Assembly (NCBI GenBank): GCA_046543235.1 | Contig: JBKGZT010000047.1 | Location: forward strand, 1-10,778 | Direction of reading: 5' to 3' | Length of the DNA: 10,778 nt | Source of the DNA: Candidatus Acetothermia bacterium | GTDB lineage: Bacteria; Bipolaricaulota; Bipolaricaulia; M55B111 | In this document: piece by piece, positions 1-7,216 of the stretch | Layout of the letters: every line of letters starts with the position of its first letter | How positions within the stretch are numbered: position 1 is the first letter of the stretch | Position numbers and translations under genes: made by a program | The notes under the pieces: generated by a model | Databases searched by the model: none | What the model was told of the DNA's origin: nothing | Seen by the model: the letters and a program-made list of their open reading frames with translations, nothing else

Positions 1-5
1 TTGGG

Positions 6-842
6 TTAAATCTTCTCGTACTCCTCGTCGGGCATGGAATAGCAGTGTTCCTCGCCTGGAAACTCGCCTTCCTTTACTTCTTCCCTGTACTGGGCCATTG
101 CTTCTACCATCTCGTCTCCCAGTTCGGCGTAGCGTTTGACGAACTTGGGCTTAAACAGCTCGAACAGCCCGAGTATGTCCTGGACTATCAAAAGCTGGCC
201 GTCGGTTGCGGATCCGGCGCCGATGCCGTAGATCGGGACGTCGGCTTCCTCGTAGATCTTTTTTCCGACCCGTTCCGGTATGGCTTCCAAAAGAATGGCA
301 AAGGCACCGGCATCCTCCAGCGCTTTGGCGTCCGCCATTAGTTCTCTGGCCGATTCGGCGTCCTTGCCCTGGCTCTTGTAGCCTCCAAGCTGTGCTGCCG
401 ATTGGGGTGTCATTCCAATGTGGCCTATTACCGGGATTCCGGCTTCGACTATCGCTTCGACCCGTGAGGCCATCCTCCGGCCGCCCTCCAGCTTGACCGC
501 ATCGGTACCACACTCGCCCATGAACCTGCCGGCGCTTTCTATCGCCTTCTCGTCGCTTGGCTGGTAGCTCATGTAGGGCATGTCACCTACCACGAAGGTG
601 GTCTCTGTCGCCCGGGTAACTGCCTTGGTCATCACGACCATCTCGTCCATTGTTACCGGGAGGGTGGAGTCGTAGCCCAGCAGGGTCATCCCGCCGGAAT
701 CGCCGACCAGAATCATCTCTATTCCCGCCTTTTCCTCGTATAAGGCAGTCGGGTAGTCGTAGGCGGTAAGCCAGGAGATCTTCTCGCCTTTCTCCTTCTT
801 CTCGTACAGGTAGTTTATGTTGATCTTGTCTCTGTCGGGCAT
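6..842 (-). CDS. panB: 3-methyl-2-oxobutanoate hydroxymethyltransferase (ketopantoate hydroxymethyltransferase, PanB family)
   Basis: 278 aa with the family motifs LTAYD, LVGDS, GDMPYMSY, AVKLEGG, GHIGMTPQ, LLEAIP, GIGAG, DGQ and PKFVKRY. SD GGAGGT at 849-854; TAA stop at 6-8. Confidence 0.95.
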   Translation of the reverse strand: MPDRDKININYLYEKKEKGEKISWLTAYDYPTALYEEKAGIEMILVGDSGGMTLLGYDSTLPVTMDEMVVMTKAVTRATETTFVVGDMPYMSYQPSDEKAIESAGRFMGECGTDAVKLEGGRRMASRVEAIVEAGIPVIGHIGMTPQSAAQLGGYKSQGKDAESARELMADAKALEDAGAFAILLEAIPERVGKKIYEEADVPIYGIGAGSATDGQLLIVQDILGLFELFKPKFVKRYAELGDEMVEAMAQYREEVKEGEFPGEEHCYSMPDEEYEKI

Positions 843-848
843 GTTAGT

Positions 849-854
849 ACCTCC
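849..854 (-). promoter_or_regulatory. Shine-Dalgarno site of panB
   Basis: GGAGGT lies 6 nt upstream of the ATG at 842. Confidence 0.85.
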
Positions 855-866
855 AGTTGGTTGAAG

Positions 867-2033
867 TTAAGTCTTTAGTTCGGAAAGTGCACTTTCGATC
901 CTTTTCAGCGCCTCTTCGAGCTCGGAACGGGGGGCGGAGTAGCAGAGCCTGAGGTAGCCTTCACCGCCAGCTCCGAAGGCGGTGCCGGGGAGGACGGCCA
1001 CGCCGGCTTCTTTTAGCAGGTAGTCGGCAAGCTCCTCGGCGTCCTTTTGGAAGCCCTCCACGTTCGGGAAGACATAGAAGGCACCGCGCGGGCTGGGACA
1101 GCTCACCCCGTCAATTTCGTTTAACCCTTCCAGGAGGAGCCCCCTCTTCTCCGCCAGGGTCTCTAACTGGCTTTCTACCTGCTCCTGTGGGCCCTGCAGG
1201 GCCTCGACTCCAGCATGCTGAGTGAAGGTAGCGGTGCAGCCGACCGAGTGGGTCAAAAGATAGCCCATCTTTTCGGCAAACTCTCCCGGGGCGGCGGCAA
1301 AACCCAGCCGCCAGCCGGTCATCGAGTAGGTCTTGGAGAATCCATCCACCAGTATGGTCCTCTCCTTCATGCCGGGGTAGGAGGCTATGCTTCTGTGGTT
1401 ACCTTCGTAGATCATCTCGGAGTAGATCTCGTCCGAGAGGACGAACGTATCGTATTCTTTGGCCAGTTCGGCTATCCTCTCGAGTTTCTCCCCGGAGATC
1501 ACGTTGCCCAGCGGGTTGCCGGGTGTATTGAGTAATAGCAGCTTCGTCTCCGGGCCGATCCGGGCCTCGAGCTCCTCGGTATCAAGGACGAAACCGTCCT
1601 CCTCCCGGAAGCCGTAAGGTACAGGCTCTCCACCGGTCACCTCGATCATCGACCTGTAGGTCGGGAAACCCGGATCCGGGTATAGGACATGGTCGCCGGC
1701 CTCTATCAGGGCCACCGTCGAAAGAAAAAGCAGCGGCTTGGCTCCCGGCCCGACCATTACCTCATCGGAGGTAACTTCCAGGTTCTCCCTCGTTGTAGTG
1801 AGCCTGTCCGCTACTGCTTCCCTCAATTCCTCTATACCGCTTGATGGATTATAGTCGGTCTTCCCTTCGGCCAGGGCTTTGATTCCGGCCAGGGTTATGT
1901 TGGAAAAGGTCGGGTAGTCCGGCTGACCGATCTCAAGATGGATCACTTCCCTGCCCTCCGCTTCCAGCTGGTTTGCCCGGGCAAGTACTTCGTAAGCCCC
2001 CTCGGGCTGGAGTGCGGCTACGTTGGGGTTCAT
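867..2033 (-). CDS. PLP-dependent aminotransferase class I/II (aspartate aminotransferase-like); true start may be ATT at 2078
   Basis: Motifs LEIGQPD, GIEELREA, PDPGFPTY, NTPGNPLG, SDEIY, GFSKTYSMTGWRLG (PLP lysine), GAFY, PGTAFG and YLRLCY. Confidence 0.93.
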   Translation of the reverse strand: MNPNVAALQPEGAYEVLARANQLEAEGREVIHLEIGQPDYPTFSNITLAGIKALAEGKTDYNPSSGIEELREAVADRLTTTRENLEVTSDEVMVGPGAKPLLFLSTVALIEAGDHVLYPDPGFPTYRSMIEVTGGEPVPYGFREEDGFVLDTEELEARIGPETKLLLLNTPGNPLGNVISGEKLERIAELAKEYDTFVLSDEIYSEMIYEGNHRSIASYPGMKERTILVDGFSKTYSMTGWRLGFAAAPGEFAEKMGYLLTHSVGCTATFTQHAGVEALQGPQEQVESQLETLAEKRGLLLEGLNEIDGVSCPSPRGAFYVFPNVEGFQKDAEELADYLLKEAGVAVLPGTAFGAGGEGYLRLCYSAPRSELEEALKRIESALSELKT

Positions 2034-2083
2034 CGCGGCAGTTGTTTTGAACTCTCTCGTACCCTCTTTGGTTTTAATTTTCG

Positions 2084-2092
2084 CTCCCCTCC
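2084..2092 (-). promoter_or_regulatory. Strong Shine-Dalgarno site upstream of an in-frame ATT of the aminotransferase
   Basis: Minus strand reads GGAGGGGAG-CGAAA-ATT. The ATT (2078-2076) is in frame with the ATG at 2033, with no stop between them. Confidence 0.6.
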
Positions 2093-2134
2093 ATTCACGC
2101 TTACTATCTCGTCAATCCAATTGTTTAATTCTCG

Positions 2135-2220
2135 CCGGCAACTGACACTGGTTGGCTTAAATCTCCTGAGAAAAGTTCAGACCAGGCCAACCATCGGAAC
2201 ATAAGCTTCTCCGGTGCCGG
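2135..2220 (-). other. Nested inverted repeats forming a putative multi-stem RNA structure in the mttB-aminotransferase spacer
   Basis: Plus-strand pairs: CCGGCA 2135-2140 with TGCCGG 2215-2220; TGGTTGGC 2149-2156 with GCCAACCA 2186-2193; CTGA 2166-2169 with TCAG 2177-2180; CGGA 2195-2198 with TCCG 2210-2213. Confidence 0.5.
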
Positions 2221-2236
2221 GATCAGAAATCAGAAT

Positions 2237-3703
2237 CTACGACCTGCTCTCTTCGTAGTTTGTCACGATCTCGTCAAGTTCGTCGGACACGTCACCGGGC
2301 AGTTTTTTCGGCTCGTGGTTTTCTAGAATGTCGATGACTTTTTTCCTAGCCCTCTCCCTCATGGTGGTCTCGCCGTCCTCGACCCAGCTTTCGTGGACCT
2401 GGCGGTCGACCAGGTCTGGGGACCAAATATCGTCCTTAAACCTCTCTATAGTCGTGGAAGAAGTGAGGTAGTTTCCGCCCGGACCGACTTCATCGACCTC
2501 CTCTACGCCAAGCGTATCCTCGTTGACCTGGACGCTCTGGGTGAAGCGGTCTATCATCGAGATTTCCTCGTTTGCGATGGTCAGAAGCTCGAGTGAAGAA
2601 GTCATACCGGATTCCAGGTAACCGACGTCGTGGACCAGGTTTCCGCCGGCCAGTGCGGCGTAGTTGAGCGAGTTGGCCATCTCCATCGTTGCCTGCTGGT
2701 CTATCTCCTTTGAGTCCGTAAATCCGCCGGCATTGAATGCCGGGACGCCGAGGAACGAACCTACTTCCTTGCGGAGCACCAGGCTCAGCATGGTTTCCGG
2801 CGCGGCGTAGGAAAAGACGGTCGTCTGCATGTCCATGGTCGTGGGGCCACCGCCAAAAATCAGGGACGAACCCTCCCGGACTGCTTGCGATAGGACCAGC
2901 CCGCTCAGGTACTCGGCCTCCGTCAAGGCATAGGCCCCGGCAAGCGAGATCGGTCCGGCAGCACCAAGCGACGGTGTCGGAACGTACATTATCGGTATTC
3001 CTTTTCTGGTGGAGTAAATCAGCTTATCGATTGCTTCCTTGGAATGCTTGAGCGGCGAACTGGGTTCGTCGTAAAGCAGAATGAACGGGTTCGACCGGAA
3101 CTCTTCTTCACCCCCGGCTACGGCGACGCTCATCTCGTAAATCGATTTCAACCCCTCCAGGTCCCACGCGGTAAAAACGATCGGTTTGGTCGTGTTCTTT
3201 ACCATCGCTTCAAAGTGGTGTGCGTCCGAATTGTACTTTGGCACGTCGTTTGCCAGCGCGAAGGACATTACGAAGTCTATATTCTCCAGGTAGTCGACGA
3301 CGGTCGCCGCCCTGACTACGTCTTCCTTTTCACACGTTCGTCGTTCGCCGGTATAAGGATCTATGGTATTCGGAGTCTCCGAGCCCGGGCCGAAATAAGT
3401 ATTGTCTCCTTCCAGGAAAATTTTTCGGTCACCGTTTCTGTCACTCAGCACCACCCGCTTGCCGCAGCTGTCGAGCGCGTTTTCCACCATGCTCGGAGGT
3501 ATCTTAACCGTCTTATCGTCGACCACGGTTGCGCCGGCATCGTCCAGTATCGATACTGCCTCTTCGGAGTGGAACTCGGTACCGGTCCTCTCCAGGATTT
3601 CCAGGGCCGACTGAAATACCCGTTCGTGCTGTTCTTCCGAAAAGACGTTGAGTTTAGGTCTGCTCCAGTAATTGAAATGATCGTTTATGCCCAATTTCAT
3701 CAC
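2237..3703 (-). CDS. mttB: Trimethylamine methyltransferase (MttB/MtgB) superfamily protein, non-pyrrolysine substrate:corrinoid methyltransferase
   Basis: About 488 aa with an N-terminal ILERTGTEFHSEEA and the motifs SPL, GPISLAG, AEYLSG, DMQT, APE, GGFTDSKEIDQQA, GNLVHDVGYLESG, VGPGGNYL and W..DG...RAR. No in-frame TAG. The start is uncertain (GTG 3703, ATG 3700 or TTG 3694; AGGAG spacing favours TTG). Confidence 0.92.
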   Translation of the reverse strand: MMKLGINDHFNYWSRPKLNVFSEEQHERVFQSALEILERTGTEFHSEEAVSILDDAGATVVDDKTVKIPPSMVENALDSCGKRVVLSDRNGDRKIFLEGDNTYFGPGSETPNTIDPYTGERRTCEKEDVVRAATVVDYLENIDFVMSFALANDVPKYNSDAHHFEAMVKNTTKPIVFTAWDLEGLKSIYEMSVAVAGGEEEFRSNPFILLYDEPSSPLKHSKEAIDKLIYSTRKGIPIMYVPTPSLGAAGPISLAGAYALTEAEYLSGLVLSQAVREGSSLIFGGGPTTMDMQTTVFSYAAPETMLSLVLRKEVGSFLGVPAFNAGGFTDSKEIDQQATMEMANSLNYAALAGGNLVHDVGYLESGMTSSLELLTIANEEISMIDRFTQSVQVNEDTLGVEEVDEVGPGGNYLTSSTTIERFKDDIWSPDLVDRQVHESWVEDGETTMRERARKKVIDILENHEPKKLPGDVSDELDEIVTNYEESRS

Positions 3704-3742
3704 TCCTGATTGGTGGTTGAATTATGTATATTAAGGTTCTGG

Positions 3743-4963
3743 CTATCGTATGCTGGCTAGGCCCCTGTCCAGGTCTTCCATCAAGTCATTCGCGGATTCT
3801 ATCCCCACGGACAGCCGGATCAGGTTCTTTCCGATCTCCGCCTCCTCGAGTTCCTCATCGGTCAACCTGTGGAAAATCGTCGAAGCAGGATGGCAGATCA
3901 CCGAACGGGAACTACCCTCGTGCGTCGCGTAAGGGATGAGCTCCAGCCCGTTCAGGAACTCGAACGCCTCTTCCTTGCCGCCCTTGACCTCGAAGGAAAG
4001 CAGGGAGCTGAACTCGTCCATCTGCCTCTTCGCCAGATCGTGGCCCGGGTGGCTCTCGAGTCCCGGATAGTTGACGGACTGAACCGCATCGTGGTCCGCT
4101 AAGAACTCTGCTACCTTCATGGCATTTTCCGAGTGTTTTTTCATCCGCATGTCCAGGCTTTCCAGGCCAAGCAGGGAGAGCCACGCGTTGAACGGCGCCA
4201 TCGCGTTCCCGTACTGGATGTATTCCAGTCGTCTGATTTTCTGGATCAGCCGGTCCTCCCCGACCAGGACGCCACCGAGGATCGTCCCGTTGCCGCTGAT
4301 AAACTTGGAGACGGATTCGATGACGATATCGGCACCAAGATCCAGCGGCCTCTGTAAAACAGGAGTCGCTATAGTATTATCCACTATTAACTTCGTGCCG
4401 TAGGAGTCGGCCAGACCGGCGAGCTTCCCTATATCCCCGACGAACAGCACCGGATTGCTCGGAGTTTCGACAAACATGAATTCCGTATCCTCGGTTACCG
4501 CCTCTTCCCACTGGGAAAAGTCGTCGGGTTTGTCCACGACCTTCGTTTCCACCCCAAACCTCGGCAGAGTTCGGGCAAACAGTTCAAAAGAGCAAGTGTA
4601 AGTATGGTTTGAGACGACGATTTCGTCTCCAGCTTCCAGCGAGTAAAGAGCTATCAGCGAGATAGCCGCCATACCCGAACTGGTGGCAAGGGCCCCTCCC
4701 CCGTTCTCGAGCAGCGCGATTCTATCCTCGAATATATCCAGGGTCGGGTTGTTCTCCCTCGTGTAGATGTAGCCCTGTAGACCACCGTACTCGTCGTAAT
4801 TGGCCTCGGTATCGAACACCCATTCCGCCTTCTCAGCGCTTTCGAAAGGGTGTGCTAAGGACTGGGCCAGCGGGGGCGGCAGCGACTCCTTTGCCACGCT
4901 TTTATCCAATCCGTAGCCACCCATCACCTGCTGTGTTCTCTGATCAAGTTCTTCCTGGTTCAT
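3743..4963 (-). CDS. Cys/Met metabolism PLP-dependent enzyme (methionine gamma-lyase / cystathionine gamma-synthase / sulfhydrylase family), divergent
   Basis: Motifs YTRENNPT, SSGMAAI, ETPSNP, VDNT, SVSKF (PLP lysine at 4304-4306), YPGLESHP, HPAST and IRLSVGIE. SD AGGAGGT at 4974-4980. Confidence 0.92.
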   Translation of the reverse strand: MNQEELDQRTQQVMGGYGLDKSVAKESLPPPLAQSLAHPFESAEKAEWVFDTEANYDEYGGLQGYIYTRENNPTLDIFEDRIALLENGGGALATSSGMAAISLIALYSLEAGDEIVVSNHTYTCSFELFARTLPRFGVETKVVDKPDDFSQWEEAVTEDTEFMFVETPSNPVLFVGDIGKLAGLADSYGTKLIVDNTIATPVLQRPLDLGADIVIESVSKFISGNGTILGGVLVGEDRLIQKIRRLEYIQYGNAMAPFNAWLSLLGLESLDMRMKKHSENAMKVAEFLADHDAVQSVNYPGLESHPGHDLAKRQMDEFSSLLSFEVKGGKEEAFEFLNGLELIPYATHEGSSRSVICHPASTIFHRLTDEELEEAEIGKNLIRLSVGIESANDLMEDLDRGLASIR

Positions 4964-4973
4964 AGAACTTACA

Positions 4974-4980
4974 ACCTCCT
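4974..4980 (-). promoter_or_regulatory. Shine-Dalgarno site of the PLP lyase gene
   Basis: AGGAGGT lies 10 nt upstream of the ATG at 4963. Confidence 0.8.
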
Positions 4981-5125
4981 GATGTTTGAAAAATTGTCAT
5001 TACGGTCAATGGCGCAAGAACGAAAACAAAACACTATTCGGGCTACCTAAATCAATCTCGAGGCTTTCCTGGCAGACAGTTGCGTTCTTAGTCTCGATTA
5101 AACTTGGTAAAACAATTGAGTAAAC

Positions 5126-7216
5126 CTATTTCTGCAGAACCGGTTCCACTTCCTTAAGCTCTTCGATTGGAATGTGACAGGTAATCGTATGTTTGTCATC
5201 ACCTATGGACCGTGTAGGAGGCTCTTCCTCTTCGCAGATTTCCCCTATTTTCCTGGGGCATCTCGTGTGAAAACGGCAGCCGTCAGGTACGTCCCGGGCA
5301 CTCGGTACGGCTCCCTCAAGCCTAATACGCTTCTGTTCGACCTCCGGGTCCGGTACCGAGACCGAAGAGAGGAGCGCCTCGGTGTAAGGGTGGTAGGGCG
5401 GATTCAGAATTTCGTTCGTGGGGCCGACTTCGACCAACCTGCCGAGATACATCACCGCCATGTAATCGCTTATATAGCTGACGACCGCGAGGTTGTGAGA
5501 GATGTACATGAAGGAGGTATCGAGGTCCTCCTGTAGGTCCAGCAGCAGGTTGATGATCGAGGACTGGATCGAAACGTCCAGGCTTGAAGTCGGCTCGTCA
5601 CAGAGAACCAGTTCCGGCTGACTGGCAAAGGCCCGGGCAATTGCGACTCGTTGCTTCTGCCCGCCGCTGAGCTGGTCCGGATGTCTGTCCATATAGCTCG
5701 GCCCTAGATCGACAGCTTGAAGCAGCTCTTCCGTCTTATTGATGGCCTCCTCCCGGTTCGCCCCGGCCAGCTGAATCGGTCGCATCATGGCCTGCTTTAT
5801 AGTTCGCTTTGGGTTTAGAGTGGCACGGGGGTCCTGAAATACTATTCTTATCTGCTTCAGGACTTCCGGTTCCCGTCCTTCTATGGGAACTGAGATATCC
5901 CTGTCTTCGAGCTTGATCTGGCCTTCAGTTATATCTTCGAGCCCGATAATCGTCCTGGCAAGAGTGCTTTTCCCGCAGCCGGACTCCCCTACTACACCTA
6001 AAGTATTTCCCTCCTCCAGGTCGAAGCTCACGTCGTCAACTGCCCTTACTCTTTCGTCCTTTTTTTCTCGGCTAAAGAAACCAGAGCTGGCTTCTCCAAA
6101 GTACTTCTTAACCTTCTCCGCCTCCAGCACCTTCTTATCCTTTCCACTTTCAGCGGTCTCGTAATTTTCTTCCGCCTCCCGAGGGCCCTTTTCGTAACGG
6201 TCCTCGGCAACCACTTCCGCCTCGTAACAACGGACGTATCGGTTCTCGCCTAATTCCCGAAATTCCGGCTCTTTCCCCGTACATCTTTCTTCTCTGTAAG
6301 GACAGCGGGGATTGAACTTACAGCCGGGGGGCAGGTCGTCCAGCTCGACTACGGAGCCCTCCACGGGTCGCAGCTTCCCCTTAACGGTCTTCGTGGATAC
6401 CTCCGGGACGGAGCGCAACAACCCCCGCGTGTAAGGATGGATAGGGTTTCCGATCAGCTCGTCCGTCGGACCCTCCTCGACGAATTGCCCCGCGTACATT
6501 ACACCCGATCGATCGCTGACTTCGTAGACGACGCCAAGATCGTGAGTTATGTACAGGATGGTTGTCTCGAATTCGTTCTTCAGGTCCTTGATTATGTCAA
6601 GTATCCTTGCTTCCACCGTGACGTCCAGGTTGGTGGTCGGTTCGTCCATTATCAGCAGCTTCGGCCGTGAAACGAGGGCCATCGCCAGACAGACGCGCTG
6701 TCGCATCCCTCCGCTCAACTGGTGCGGGTAGCTGTCCACGACGATATCCGGATCGGAAATCTGAAGTTCTTCCAGTGTATCGATCGACCGGTTTCTTGCT
6801 TCCTCTTCGGACATTCCCTTGTGGGTCTCCAGTACTTCGCCGATCTGTTTACCGACCTTGATCGAAGGATTCAGCGCCGCCGAAGGATCCTGGTAGACGA
6901 TGTTTAGCTCCTTACCCCAAATATTCCTCATCCAGCTTTCCGGCTTATCCGATATATCCTCCCCATCCAGCAGGATTCGGCCGCTGTCGATCCGGCCGTT
7001 GCGGTCGAGATACCCCATTATCGCAAAGGCGAGAGTACTCTTACCGCAGCCGGACTCGCCGACTATCCCCTGAGTCGTACCTCTTTCCACCGACAAATCG
7101 ACCCCGCGGACAGCGGTCAGGTCGCCGGAACGCGTTTCGTAAGTCACCACCAGATCTCTTAGCTCGAGAATCGGGTCGGGCGCATGCCTTGTCTCGCTCA
7201 TTTCGTTTCCCTCCAT
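5126..7216 (-). CDS. Dpp/Opp-family ABC transporter ATP-binding protein, fused DppD-DppF type with two NBDs
   Basis: Two Walker A motifs GESGCGKST, signatures LSGGMRQR and LSGGQKQR, Walker B LIMDEPT and VLCDEPT, and two HPYT plus Cys-rich C-terminal domains. Start is either the TAATG-coupled ATG at 7216 or the ATG at 7201 (GGAGG at 7210-7214). Confidence 0.95.
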   Translation of the reverse strand: MEGNEMSETRHAPDPILELRDLVVTYETRSGDLTAVRGVDLSVERGTTQGIVGESGCGKSTLAFAIMGYLDRNGRIDSGRILLDGEDISDKPESWMRNIWGKELNIVYQDPSAALNPSIKVGKQIGEVLETHKGMSEEEARNRSIDTLEELQISDPDIVVDSYPHQLSGGMRQRVCLAMALVSRPKLLIMDEPTTNLDVTVEARILDIIKDLKNEFETTILYITHDLGVVYEVSDRSGVMYAGQFVEEGPTDELIGNPIHPYTRGLLRSVPEVSTKTVKGKLRPVEGSVVELDDLPPGCKFNPRCPYREERCTGKEPEFRELGENRYVRCYEAEVVAEDRYEKGPREAEENYETAESGKDKKVLEAEKVKKYFGEASSGFFSREKKDERVRAVDDVSFDLEEGNTLGVVGESGCGKSTLARTIIGLEDITEGQIKLEDRDISVPIEGREPEVLKQIRIVFQDPRATLNPKRTIKQAMMRPIQLAGANREEAINKTEELLQAVDLGPSYMDRHPDQLSGGQKQRVAIARAFASQPELVLCDEPTSSLDVSIQSSIINLLLDLQEDLDTSFMYISHNLAVVSYISDYMAVMYLGRLVEVGPTNEILNPPYHPYTEALLSSVSVPDPEVEQKRIRLEGAVPSARDVPDGCRFHTRCPRKIGEICEEEEPPTRSIGDDKHTITCHIPIEELKEVEPVLQK

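Noticed and set aside
2177-2239. Amber stop of mttB followed by structure, as possible pyrrolysine readthrough
   Set aside because: The protein is already full length, and readthrough would add only about 20 residues before a TGA. The Pyl-equivalent site is Phe, and two neighbouring genes also end in TAG.
3044-3709. 221-aa plus-strand ORF and the other plus-strand or alternative-frame ORFs in the track
   Set aside because: They overlap well-supported minus-strand genes, show no recognisable motifs and have atypical composition, so they are shadow ORFs.
3743-4963. Assigning metZ, metB or mgl as gene symbol
   Set aside because: Motifs are mixed and divergent, so specificity cannot be assigned from sequence.
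5070-5084. TGGCAGACAGTTGCG resembling a sigma54 -24/-12 promoter
   Set aside because: GG-to-GC spacing is 9 nt rather than the required 10, and it points antisense to the operon.
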